Positions 46,209 through 55,390 of a stretch of 64,000 nucleotides of DNA are shown here, one piece after another. Position numbers and translations under genes: made by a program. The stretch spans positions 2,400,001 through 2,464,000 of the forward strand of contig CBDFGR010000003.1 of assembly GCA_965247115.1 (NCBI GenBank). The letters are read 5' to 3'. Source of the DNA: Myxococcota bacterium. Its GTDB lineage: Bacteria > Myxococcota_A > UBA9160 > SZUA-336. The notes under the pieces were generated by a model. That model was not told the origin of the DNA and ran no database searches. It saw only the letters and a list, made by a program, of their open reading frames with translations. Position 1 is the stretch's first letter; each line of letters starts with the position of its first letter.

Positions 46209-47618
46209 GTGGTCGGGTTTCGGCGTGCCAGTCTGATCGCGCTCGTGGGGCTCTGGCTCGGCGACACTGCCTCTGGCCAGTCGCTCGACCTGGAGGCGCT
46301 CCAGAGCCAGGGCGTGGATCATCTTCAGAGCTACCTGCAGATCGACACCACGAACCCGCCGGGGAACGAGAGTCTCGCGGTCGAGTTCTTCGGGGCGATT
46401 CTGGCCGCCGAGGGAATACCCTTCGAGCAGGCCGAATCGGCTCCGGGACGCGGGAACATCTGGGCGCGACTCGAGGGCGGCTCCGAGCCCGCGCTGGTGC
46501 TGCTGCACCATACCGACGTCGTGTCGGCGGACCCGAGATTCTGGGACGTCCCCCCCTTCGAGGGCCGGATCGAGAACGGCTGGATTCACGGCCGTGGCGC
46601 GATCGACGACAAGACGCTCGGCATCCTCCACCTGGAGACCTTCGTGGCGCTGCACCGGCTGGGTCTGCCGTTGAAGCGCGACGTGATCTTCATGGCGACC
46701 GCAGACGAAGAGGCCGGCGGGCTGTACGGCGCCGGCTGGCTCGTCCGTGAGAAGCCGGAGCTCTTCGAAGGCGTGGGGCTGCTGCTCAACGAGGGAGGGG
46801 GCGGCTCGGAGCAGGGCGGTCGCAGGATCTGCAGTATCGAAGTCACCCAGAAGGTCCCCATGTGGGTGCGGCTGGTCTCGCGGGGCGAACCCGGTCACGG
46901 CTCTGCACCCCGCGCCGAGACCGCTGTCACGCGGCTGATCCGCGCGCTCGCGAACGTGCACGCGCAGCCCTTCGAGCAGCGCATCGTCCCGGCCGTCGCT
47001 GCCTACTTCCAGGGTCTCTCCGAGCTGCAGAGCGGTCTGCGCCGCGAGCAGTTCGCGGACCTGTCGAGCGCGGTCCTGGATCCCGAAGTGACCGAGTGGT
47101 TGCAGGTCGAGGTCCCCGCCCTGCACGCGCTCACGCGCAACACCTGCTCCATCACCCGGCTCGACGCGAGCGACAAGATCAACGTCGTCCCTCCGGAGGC
47201 CTCGGCGGAGCTCGACTGCCGCTTGCTCCCGGATCAGGATCCGGCGGACTTCCTCGGACTCCTGAGTACAGTGATCGACGACCCGGCGATCGAGATCGAG
47301 CAGATCCTGAGCTTTACCCCTGCGGTGTCCACGACGGACACCGAGCTCTACCGCGCGATCGGCGAAGTCTGCAGGCGCAACTTCGGCGATGCGCTCGTCC
47401 TTCCCGCCGTCGCAGCGGGCTTTACCGACAGCCACTTCTTCCGGGACCTCGGCATCACGAGCTACGGCTTCGCCCCGCTCCTGGTGCCCGGCGAGGATCG
47501 GGCCGGCGTGCACGGGAACAACGAGCGCATCTCGGTCGAGAACGTCAAGCGCGGCGTGCGCATGAACCTGGAGATCGTGAGCCAGGTCGTGCACGAGACG
47601 CCGGCCTCGTTCGACTAG
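46209..47618 (+). CDS. M20/M25/M40 family metallopeptidase
   Basis: NPPGNE, HHTDVV, GRGAIDDK, ADEEAGG, GHGS, GFTDSHF, HGNNE. Confidence 0.92.
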   Translation: MVGFRRASLIALVGLWLGDTASGQSLDLEALQSQGVDHLQSYLQIDTTNPPGNESLAVEFFGAILAAEGIPFEQAESAPGRGNIWARLEGGSEPALVLLHHTDVVSADPRFWDVPPFEGRIENGWIHGRGAIDDKTLGILHLETFVALHRLGLPLKRDVIFMATADEEAGGLYGAGWLVREKPELFEGVGLLLNEGGGGSEQGGRRICSIEVTQKVPMWVRLVSRGEPGHGSAPRAETAVTRLIRALANVHAQPFEQRIVPAVAAYFQGLSELQSGLRREQFADLSSAVLDPEVTEWLQVEVPALHALTRNTCSITRLDASDKINVVPPEASAELDCRLLPDQDPADFLGLLSTVIDDPAIEIEQILSFTPAVSTTDTELYRAIGEVCRRNFGDALVLPAVAAGFTDSHFFRDLGITSYGFAPLLVPGEDRAGVHGNNERISVENVKRGVRMNLEIVSQVVHETPASFD

Positions 47619-47724
47619 CAGTCCACCGAGAGTTCTGATCCCTCAACTGCATCGGGACCCAACGTTCCAGAGCGAAGACTGCCGAAATCATCCAGGCTAC
47701 TCGCTCCACTTTTTCCTGAGCCGT

Positions 47725-47944
47725 TCAGGGAGGTCCTCTCCGGCGTACGGAATGGTCAAGACGGATAAGGTCGTCTCGTTGTGCTGGAAGAAGATGAGGT
47801 ACGGGTAGTCTCCGATCGGGAACCACTGTACCGACGCAAAATCAGGCGGTCTGCGGTCGCCGGCCCGAAGTTATCGCGAGCTTGCCGAGCCGCTTCGCGG
47901 AGGTCTCTTTCGGCTTCTTGCTCAAGCTGAATGTGTAATGGCAC
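47725..47944 (-). pseudogene. ParE/RelE-like toxin pseudogene (internal deletion + frameshift)
   Basis: N-terminal part IQLEQEAERDLREAA..., C-terminal part VQWFPIGDYPYLIFF...VLTIPYAGEDL in another frame, joined near 47835-47842. Confidence 0.65.
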
Positions 47945-47965
47945 AGACCCCCGGGGAGTATCCAA

Positions 47966-48235
47966 TCAGCCTTCATCAAGTACGGCCGCCCGGAATTTTT
48001 CCCAGAATTCCGGGGTCGCGTCCTCATAGCTCCCGCGTTTCATCGCCCGAACGAGCTTCGCTTCAAGCGCCTCCTGAGCAGCGTGCTCGACGTCAGCACG
48101 CATGAGCGCTCGAACGTACTCAGCCTTCGAGTTGAAGCCCTTCGCGGCCATCCGCTCCTGGACAGCGCGGTGGAGTTCACCGGGAACTGGGGTGCTGTAC
48201 GGGATCGTCTTGGTGTCCTTTTCGAGCTTAGACAT
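47966..48235 (-). CDS. ribbon-helix-helix antitoxin (ParD/CopG-like)
   Basis: VPGELHRAV....GFNSKAEYVRALMRAD, C-terminal TPEFWEK. Directly upstream of the ParE-like remnant. Confidence 0.78.
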   Translation of the reverse strand: MSKLEKDTKTIPYSTPVPGELHRAVQERMAAKGFNSKAEYVRALMRADVEHAAQEALEAKLVRAMKRGSYEDATPEFWEKFRAAVLDEG

Positions 48236-48451
48236 AAGTCTCACCCTAGCGCCTCTAACATCTATTGCGAATAGATGTTATCGCCCAAGTCGCAGGAGTT
48301 GAGCGAGTGCGCAGATCTTGGCCTAAGTGAGCGACTCTTGGTCGCTTCTTCGAGGTTCTCCACGAGCTGAAGTCGAGTGGAGGAGGTTGGCCATGGCCAG
48401 TTCTAGGCCTACGCCTGGCCCGAGTGACCGGGCCTGGCGCTCAGAACTCTG

Positions 48452-49063
48452 TCAGCTCCGCGCCTTCTGGATGTAGTGGCGCACGCACTCGAACAGGTCG
48501 TTGCCCCAGAACATCTCGTCCCCGACGAACAACGTGGGAGCTCCGAACACTCCGCGCTCGACCGCGGCGCGTGAATCTGCGTCCAGGCGCTCCTTCAGCT
48601 CGTCGGACTGCGCCCGTGCGAGCGCCTTGTCTGCATCCAGCCCGGCTCCCGCGAGAAGACCGCGCACGACCTCCGGGTCGGCGATGTCGACCGGGTCGGC
48701 CCAGCGGGCCCGGAACGCGGGGTAGTGGAACTCGCGGAAGCGCCCCTCGTCCTTCGCGACCAGCGCCGCGCACGTCATCAGACGCGGATCCGGGCGATTG
48801 TCGCGGGCTTTCGGAGAGAGCTCCGCGCCGCATACCTCTGCCCAGTGACGCAGCGTGGCCTGAGCGTTCGCCTTCTTGCGAGGTCCTAGGCCCGGCGGCT
48901 TCACGCCTTCGGGCAGCGGGTTGGGCGGTCGCTCCACGATGATCGAGAGCAGGGCGGGCCGGAAATCGAGCTCGACCTCGAGGTCTGCGAAGTAGGACTC
49001 CGCTCGGCAACTGCCGAGGTAGGCCCAGGGTCAGGCGTAATCGAAGTAGAAGGGAATCTGCAT
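48452..49063 (-). CDS. DsbA-family / HCCA isomerase (kappa GST)-like selenoprotein (Sec at TGA 49031-49033), 203 aa
   Basis: RBS AGGAGA, then MQIPFYFDYA-TGA-PWAYLGSC..., in frame with ORF 48452..48937, which ends GVFGAPTLFVGDEMFWGND. SECIS-like hairpin follows. Confidence 0.85.
49003..49018 (-). promoter_or_regulatory. bacterial SECIS-like hairpin of DsbA-like gene
   Basis: CTCGGC-AGTT-GCCGAG, loop starting 19 nt after UGA. Confidence 0.72.
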
Positions 49064-49099
49064 CGATGGTTCTCCTGGCTTGGTGGCGGAAAGTCTAGC

Positions 49100-49843
49100 C
49101 TACGAGCCGACTCGTTTCGCTCCAACGGCAGCGGGCTGCTTGGGATCCATGATCCAGCGCACGGGTCGGAGCTCCACGCTGCCGCGCATGTAGGTGGCGG
49201 GGAGCGGGTTCGTGAGCTTGATCCGGTCGTCGCCGAAGGCTGCAGCGTCGAACACGTTCACGCGCGGGGTGCCGCGCTCCGCTTCCTTTGGCGTGTAGTG
49301 TGGCTCAGCTTGGACCAGTCGGAGCTCGGAGTCGACCTGTGCCAGGTGAAAGCTCACCTGGTACACGATCGCGTCGGACGTGGTCGGCTCCGAGTGCTCC
49401 ATGGCCGCGGCCAGCACCGTCCTGCCGTCGCTGCGCACGGTAGCGAGCGTGGCGTAGTGCCTGCGCTCGATCCGGACCTCGCCCAGCTTCCCCGGCCAGC
49501 CGTAGCTGTCGCGCAGCAGCTCCACCGCCTCGGGCGTGCTCGCGAAGCCACCCAGGACGAAGCCGCCCTGATGAACGCCGGCCCGACCCATGACGCGGAG
49601 CTCCGCCATACCGAATGGTCCGACCGGGCTCGTGTCGTGCGCGCGCAGCATGATGGCGCCATACACCGGGATGGTGGGGTGCAGGGCCGGCGGTAGCAGC
49701 TCCTGGTAGCGGGTGTCGTCGAACTCGTACGTCAGGTTCAGGACCTCCGCGTCCTCCGACTCCCAGCCCTCGCTGGCGAGCGCCGTCACGACGGGAAGCT
49801 CACTCCGCTCCGCGTCCACGTCGCGTGTTCCGAACAGTGGCAT
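49100..49843 (-). CDS. acetoacetate decarboxylase family protein
   Basis: ELLPPALHPTIP, SPVGPFGMAE, YGWPGKLG. Operonic with the LLM and SDR genes. Confidence 0.72.
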   Translation of the reverse strand: MPLFGTRDVDAERSELPVVTALASEGWESEDAEVLNLTYEFDDTRYQELLPPALHPTIPVYGAIMLRAHDTSPVGPFGMAELRVMGRAGVHQGGFVLGGFASTPEAVELLRDSYGWPGKLGEVRIERRHYATLATVRSDGRTVLAAAMEHSEPTTSDAIVYQVSFHLAQVDSELRLVQAEPHYTPKEAERGTPRVNVFDAAAFGDDRIKLTNPLPATYMRGSVELRPVRWIMDPKQPAAVGAKRVGS

Positions 49844-49853
49844 CGATTCGCTC

Positions 49854-50930
49854 CTAATCCTGGAAGTGCGGCATGACTTCTTTGCCGAAGAGCCGCAGAC
49901 TGTCGAGCACCTGCTGCTGCGGAATCGTCTCTCCGGCGTTCAGCAGGAAGTTGATGCCGTCGACGCCCGTCGCCTCCCAGCCCTTGAGCATCTTGATGAG
50001 GCGGTCCGGATTGCCGATGCAGAGGTTCGGCGGAAGCGCCGCCTCCTGGTTCGGATCCGGCGCCGGTCGTCGGAGCTGCGGTAGCAGTCCGAAGCTCGCG
50101 TAGCCGCGGCCGGGGTAGTTCTCGCGCGCCGACACGAGCTGTGCGGCGAGATACCCGAAGGTGCCCGCCATGCGCTGCCCCGTCTTCACGCCCTCCTCGT
50201 CGTCCTCGTGGCAGAACAGGAAGTTCACGGCTGCAACCTGGTCGGTCACCATTCCACCTACCGGATTGCAGTTCTGGATGTGCTTGCGGTACGCCTTCGT
50301 CTTCTGCTCCTGCACGTCGAACTCCACGAAGGTCAGGCCGAGCGCGCCCATGCCGCGATCCGCAGCGTCGAGCTCGGTGCCGGGGCTCGTGACCGCGACC
50401 CACATGGGCGGGTGCGGCTTCTGCAGCGGCTTTGGCAGCACGGTGCGCGAGGGCATCGAGAAGGCGACACCGTCGTGTGCATAGCGCTCGTTCATCCACA
50501 TCTGCGGGATGGCCGAGACGAACTCGTCCCAGGTGGCCTTGGTCGTGTCCGGGTTCGCGCGGAAGCCGCCGAGCTCGGTCCACGTCGCGCTGCGACCGGT
50601 TCCGAAGTCGTACCGGCCGTTCGACACGATGTCCATCGCCGCGGCGCGCTCCGCCACCCGGATGGGGTGGTTCATCTCCGGCACGCAGACCACGATGCCC
50701 TGGCCAATGCGGATCTGCTCCGTCTTCATGGCGCAGGCGGTCAGGAAGATCTCCGGCGCAGAGCAGTGCGAGTACTCCTCCAGGAAGTGGTGCTCCACCG
50801 CCCACACGTAATCGAAGCCGGCCTGGTCCGCGACCACGGTCTGCTCCATGCAGTTGTCGTAGACCTGCTTCTCCACCCCCTCGTCCCAGGGCCGCGGAAT
50901 GCTGATCTCGAAGAAGATTCCGAACTTCAT
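49854..50930 (-). CDS. LLM class flavin-dependent oxidoreductase
   Basis: MKFGIF, GFDYVWAVEHHF, HPIRVAERAA, PKPLQKPHPPMW, LFGKEVMP. Confidence 0.92.
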   Translation of the reverse strand: MKFGIFFEISIPRPWDEGVEKQVYDNCMEQTVVADQAGFDYVWAVEHHFLEEYSHCSAPEIFLTACAMKTEQIRIGQGIVVCVPEMNHPIRVAERAAAMDIVSNGRYDFGTGRSATWTELGGFRANPDTTKATWDEFVSAIPQMWMNERYAHDGVAFSMPSRTVLPKPLQKPHPPMWVAVTSPGTELDAADRGMGALGLTFVEFDVQEQKTKAYRKHIQNCNPVGGMVTDQVAAVNFLFCHEDDEEGVKTGQRMAGTFGYLAAQLVSARENYPGRGYASFGLLPQLRRPAPDPNQEAALPPNLCIGNPDRLIKMLKGWEATGVDGINFLLNAGETIPQQQVLDSLRLFGKEVMPHFQD

Positions 50931-51706
50931 GTGTCCTCCTGCGGCGGCCCCATCCCGCTGATCGGGTTGAAGACGTACTCCTCGTGGTCGCGCCCGAGCT
51001 GGCAGAGATAGGCCTGACCGGTCTTCCCCGAGGAGACCGCGTGGACCACGGCGTCGGCGATCTGCGCGGGCTCCATGATCGGAAAGCCTGACGCCCGGGC
51101 AGCCTCGGACATGCGGCCCGCTCCCATGATGTTGGTAGCCACGACACCCGGGCAGATCGCGTTGATGGTGATGCCGCGCGGCTCGAGCGAGGGCGCGAGG
51201 GCGCGCACCAGTCCGATCACCGCGTGCTTCGTCAGCGTGTAGACCGGGTCGGCTGCGAAGCCCATCAGCCCGGCGCCAGATGCCGTCGCCACGATGGCCC
51301 CTCCTTCGCGCGCCTCGATCACGGGCACGACGGCGCGAGCGCCGTAGACCACGCCGTCGACGTTGACGCTCATGATCCTGCGGTAGTCGGCCTCCGAGAG
51401 CGCCGCAATGTCGGGTCCCGTCCCGGTCAGGTTGTCTGGGGTCTGCAGGAGCGTGATGCCGGCATTCAGAAAGGCGATGTCCAGGCCTCCCGACGCTCCG
51501 ACCGCCTCCGCCCAGCTGTCCGGATCTCCCACGTCCAGGCGCTGGAACTCGCCCTTCACCTCATCCGCGACCTGCTTGCCGCTGGCCTCGTCGATGTCCG
51601 CCACGATCACGCGAGCCCCCTCGGCGCCGAGCCGGACCGCGGTGGCCCGACCGATTCCCGATGCACCCCCCGTGATCAGTGCCACCTTGCCTTCAAGCGC
51701 GCCCAT
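50927..51706 (-). CDS. short-chain dehydrogenase/reductase
   Basis: TGGASGIG, LNAG, YTLTK, NAICPG. Confidence 0.92.
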   Translation of the reverse strand: MGALEGKVALITGGASGIGRATAVRLGAEGARVIVADIDEASGKQVADEVKGEFQRLDVGDPDSWAEAVGASGGLDIAFLNAGITLLQTPDNLTGTGPDIAALSEADYRRIMSVNVDGVVYGARAVVPVIEAREGGAIVATASGAGLMGFAADPVYTLTKHAVIGLVRALAPSLEPRGITINAICPGVVATNIMGAGRMSEAARASGFPIMEPAQIADAVVHAVSSGKTGQAYLCQLGRDHEEYVFNPISGMGPPQEDT

Positions 51707-51899
51707 AATGGCCCTCCCGAGCTCGATTCCTGCTCATAGTCTACGCCGCGGGAAGGATCCAAAGCGACTCGGGTAGCGGCTCCGGAGTTAGCCTTCGACC
51801 AGCAGTGACGCCGCTACATCACCCAGTGTGGGACAATCGAATCACTGTCCGGGACTGAACCCACCCGAACCCAGCTGAGGAATCGGACTGCCCCCCTCT

Positions 51900-52565
51900 T
51901 TGCCAAAAGTTGCTCTCGGGCGCCTCGCTCTCACTGGATTTCTGTGCCTGCTCCCTGGCCTCTCCGCATACGCCCATGACAGATTCGAGACCCTGCGCTG
52001 GCAACAATCCGATCTCACCAACGTGGCAGGCTTCAACGTGTACGTGCGTCAGGCATCCGAGAGCTACGATGTACCCGTCGATGTTGGTACGGCGACCCTC
52101 GAGGGCGGCGACATCTACTTCTACGATCTCTTGGTCCCGGACGATGGATCGGTGTACGTCGTCGTCACAGCGTACTCGAGCATTGGCTTGGAGAGTGTCT
52201 TCTCGAACGAGAAGTTCCTACCCGGTCCGGCGCCCTCGCCCCCTGGTTCCCTCACCGAGGCGGACTGCGGACGGATTTATGTGTGCTGGCAACAGTCGGA
52301 CCTCACCCACCTTGCAGGTTTCAACATCTATGTGGGTCAGACATCTGGGAGCTACGGACCTGCCATCGATATTGGAGTGCCGACTCTCGAGGATGGCATC
52401 TACGTCTACGACCTCAGGGGTGCGGTCGGTGGAGGGGCATACGTTGTCGTCACCGCATACTCGATCGCTGGCGTCGAGAGCGTCTTCTCGAACGAGAGGT
52501 TCTTCGCACCGGTCTTCCCCTCAGTTCTTCCAGCCCTCCTCTACCTATTCGAAGTTGACGAATGA
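51900..52565 (+). CDS. secreted protein with two tandem fibronectin type III-like domains
   Basis: Signal peptide, then two copies of WQQSDLT..AGFN.YV.Q.S.SY...YVVVTAYS..G.ESVFSNE. Confidence 0.78.
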   Translation: MPKVALGRLALTGFLCLLPGLSAYAHDRFETLRWQQSDLTNVAGFNVYVRQASESYDVPVDVGTATLEGGDIYFYDLLVPDDGSVYVVVTAYSSIGLESVFSNEKFLPGPAPSPPGSLTEADCGRIYVCWQQSDLTHLAGFNIYVGQTSGSYGPAIDIGVPTLEDGIYVYDLRGAVGGGAYVVVTAYSIAGVESVFSNERFFAPVFPSVLPALLYLFEVDE

Positions 52566-52578
52566 GACGAGGTCTGGA

Positions 52579-53169
52579 CTAGAAGCGGTACTCGAGACCT
52601 CCGCGCACGGTCCAGAAGTCGAGGTTCTCGACCCCGCCCAGGGGGAGCGCGTAGGCGCTCTCCAGGTTCAGCACGAAGTGCCGGGTCAGGTAGATATCCA
52701 CTCCCAGGCCAGCTTGCGTGACGGAGCCGCTGCTGTCCTCGGACAGACCGAGGCCCAGCTGGTCAGAGAGATCGACCTCCATGTATCCCCCGCCGCCGAG
52801 CAGGTACGGCTGGATGCGGCCCGTGAAGGGATAGAACTTCCCGATCAGGCTCGCGGACCAGCCGCCGAGCTCGGCAGCATCGACGCCGAGCAGCTCGATG
52901 TTGTAGTCGCCGTAGTAGTCGCCGTGCAGCTCCAGGGCCAGCCATGGGAACACGCGGTAGCCGAAGCGCGCGTTGAAGCCCTTGCTGTCGTCCACCCGGA
53001 GATCGACGCCAGGCAGCGAGTCCTCGATCTCGCTCTCGAAGAGCTCCCCCATGTACATGCTGTGGAATCCGAAATACACACCTGTCCGGGTGTAGCCCTC
53101 GTCAGCCCGAGCTGAAGCCGGGGCAGCGATCAGCAGGGCCAGACAGAGCAGGAGCAACTTGGGCCGCAT
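52579..53169 (-). CDS. outer membrane beta-barrel (OmpA/porin family) protein
   Basis: Signal peptide, GYRVFPWLALE, RIQPYLLGGGG, C-terminal GLEYRF. Confidence 0.85.
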   Translation of the reverse strand: MRPKLLLLCLALLIAAPASARADEGYTRTGVYFGFHSMYMGELFESEIEDSLPGVDLRVDDSKGFNARFGYRVFPWLALELHGDYYGDYNIELLGVDAAELGGWSASLIGKFYPFTGRIQPYLLGGGGYMEVDLSDQLGLGLSEDSSGSVTQAGLGVDIYLTRHFVLNLESAYALPLGGVENLDFWTVRGGLEYRF

Positions 53170-53371
53170 CAGGGACCTCCCCTGTTATCAGCGGCAGGAG
53201 CTCTTCGAGTCATAAGCAGGGTCGCCGGCGCCCGTTGTCGATGTTGCCGACCACCTCCGACAGCATCTTGGTCAGCTCGCACCAGAAGTCGCCGTCCTCG
53301 CACACGACCTCCGAGCACTGAGTCCCCATCCGCGACCTTGGCGATGCGAACAAGGTCAGCATCGGGTGCTG

Positions 53372-53634
53372 CGGGCCTGGGTTCGGACGACGCGGTGCTG
53401 CTCGTAAGCTCAAGTGGCAACTCGGCCAACGTAGTGAATGCGTGCAAATACGCGATGGAGCGCGGAGTGCCTACGATCGCGTTCGTGGGATTCACTGGCG
53501 GTGAATTGTCCCGACTAGCCGATCACGTAGTTCATGTCCCCATCGAAAACTACGGAATGGCCGAGGATGCGCATCAGAGCGTCATGCACGTTATCACCCA
53601 GTATCTCAAGCTGTACGCCACAGGTTCTCAGTGA
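53372..53634 (+). pseudogene. 5'-truncated SIS-domain (GmhA-like phosphoheptose isomerase) fragment
   Basis: DAVLLVSSSGNSANVV.AC..A...G..TIAFVGFTGG, YGMAEDAH. The N-terminal GNGGS half is absent. Confidence 0.7.
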
Positions 53635-54635
53635 GACGACTCAGGCTCGTAGCCCTGAGGATGCGTCTTGTGCCATCTCCAGGCAGTTTTGACGATCTGC
53701 TCGATCTCCGGGAGCTGAGCTTTCCAACCGAGCACGTCGCTCAACCGATCTGGGCAAGCCACCAGCTCCGCGGGGTCACCGGGACGTCGCGGCGCGATCC
53801 GATACGGGACGCTCTTGCCAGTGACTGCTTCGACGGCTCGAATGACCTCGAAGACAGTGGTGCCCCGCCCCGTTCCGACGTTCATGATGTGCCCTCTCGG
53901 TATTGATCCGGGCTTCGGCGAGTGAGTGACAGCGAGCTCGTGTGCTCGTGCCAGGTCCTCGACATGGACGTAATCGCGAATGCACGTGCCATCGCGTGTC
54001 TCCCAATCGTCTCCGTAGATCTCCACAGCTTCCCGCCTCCCCTGGACGGCTTGGATGATCAGAGGGATCAGGTGAGTTTCTGGGCGGTGGTCCTCCCCAT
54101 GGGCTCCGTCTTGCGACGCGCCCGCTGCATTGAAGTAGCGCAAGATCACGTAACTCAGACCGTGAGCACGGGACAGGTCTTGAATCATCCATTCTATGGC
54201 AAGCTTGGAGAAACCATACGGGCAGGCGGGCTCCTTGGGAGAGTCCTCGACTAGGGGAGTGTCCCCCGCTGTGCCATACGTCGCTGCCGTGCTGGAGAAG
54301 ATGATCTTTCTCACATTGTTGTCCAGCATAGTCTCGAGAAGGACGAGCGAATTTACGGTGTTGTTCCTCCAGTGATACTCGGGACGATCGACTGATTCTG
54401 CAACGTTCGTCGCTGCCGCGAAGTGCATCACGACTTCGGTCTGCTGCTCCCTCATAAGCCGCGCAAGCAGGGCGCGATCGTCGAGATCACCCACCACGAG
54501 CATCTCCTCTGGCAGTGTGCCAGAGTGCCCTTGGCGTAGATTGTCGATCACGACTACTTCGTGTCCGCAACGGACCAGGTACCGCGTCGCGAAGCTCCCT
54601 ACGTATCCTGCTCCACCGGTAACTAGGATTCGCAC
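53628..54635 (-). CDS. galE: UDP-glucose 4-epimerase (second copy)
   Basis: TGGAGYVGS, HFAA, FSSTAATYG, YGFSK, RYFNAAG, ETHLIP, DGTCIRDY. Confidence 0.9.
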   Translation of the reverse strand: MRILVTGGAGYVGSFATRYLVRCGHEVVVIDNLRQGHSGTLPEEMLVVGDLDDRALLARLMREQQTEVVMHFAAATNVAESVDRPEYHWRNNTVNSLVLLETMLDNNVRKIIFSSTAATYGTAGDTPLVEDSPKEPACPYGFSKLAIEWMIQDLSRAHGLSYVILRYFNAAGASQDGAHGEDHRPETHLIPLIIQAVQGRREAVEIYGDDWETRDGTCIRDYVHVEDLARAHELAVTHSPKPGSIPRGHIMNVGTGRGTTVFEVIRAVEAVTGKSVPYRIAPRRPGDPAELVACPDRLSDVLGWKAQLPEIEQIVKTAWRWHKTHPQGYEPESSH

Positions 54636-55390
54636 GGCGACTTCGACTCTTCCCATCCCGCACGTCCGCTGGAGAGGTCGTCCTCGATATCCGCGAGCGC
54701 CGCTGGACTCCCCACGTCGCGGTGGTAGCCGCGGATCCGCCATCCGTGCATCCTCCCAACAAGGCGGGGGAGCACGTCGAAACCAAGGTCGAAGGTGTCC
54801 TCGCCGAGGAATGGCCCTATGACACCAGAGGAGATCACGTAGATACCTGCGTTTGCGAGGTTGGACGCCGGTTGAGGAGGCTTCTCGATGAAGGACGAGA
54901 TGCGGCCGTCAGGACCGAGTGTTGCGATGCCACACGACGATGGATCCGGCGTCTCAAAGAGTGCCATGGTGAACTCGGCCCGGCGTTGGCGGTGGGTGTC
55001 AACCAGTTCTCCAAGGTTTGCCGTACTGAGGTTGTCAGCATATATCAGTAAGTAATCGGGTCCACGTTCGAGACAGTCCAGGGTCTCGTGAAGTGTGCCT
55101 GCGGAGCCGAGGAGCTCTGTCTCGTGGAACGCCGTCCAGCTCATGGAGCTGCTCCGCTGACTGTCGACGTAACGCTGTACCTGCTCCGCATGCGCGTGGA
55201 CGTTAACTAGGACGTTCTGGATTCTGTGGCGCTCGAACAGTCCTCGCCAGTATTCGATTAGTGGTTTGCCCGCGACTGGGATCAGACACTTCGGCAGCCG
55301 CTGAGTGAGGGGTAGCATGCGTGTTCCTAGGCCTGCGGCCAGGAGAAGTACCGGCGGCATCTCTCTGGGGCCCTTGGGTGGGGACTTCAT
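54623..55390 (-). CDS. nucleotidyltransferase (HddC/mannose-1-P guanylyltransferase-like)
   Basis: LLAAGLGTRMLPLT..LPKCL, LGSAGTL, FIEKP, NAGIY. Confidence 0.88.
   Translation of the reverse strand: MKSPPKGPREMPPVLLLAAGLGTRMLPLTQRLPKCLIPVAGKPLIEYWRGLFERHRIQNVLVNVHAHAEQVQRYVDSQRSSSMSWTAFHETELLGSAGTLHETLDCLERGPDYLLIYADNLSTANLGELVDTHRQRRAEFTMALFETPDPSSCGIATLGPDGRISSFIEKPPQPASNLANAGIYVISSGVIGPFLGEDTFDLGFDVLPRLVGRMHGWRIRGYHRDVGSPAALADIEDDLSSGRAGWEESKSPCES

Noticed and set aside
47947..47960. CCCCGGGG-centred sequence between antitoxin and toxin as a solo HNH-type palindrome
   Set aside because: Only the 8-bp core is palindromic and the outer ACT/AGT arms do not pair. Expected by chance at this GC.
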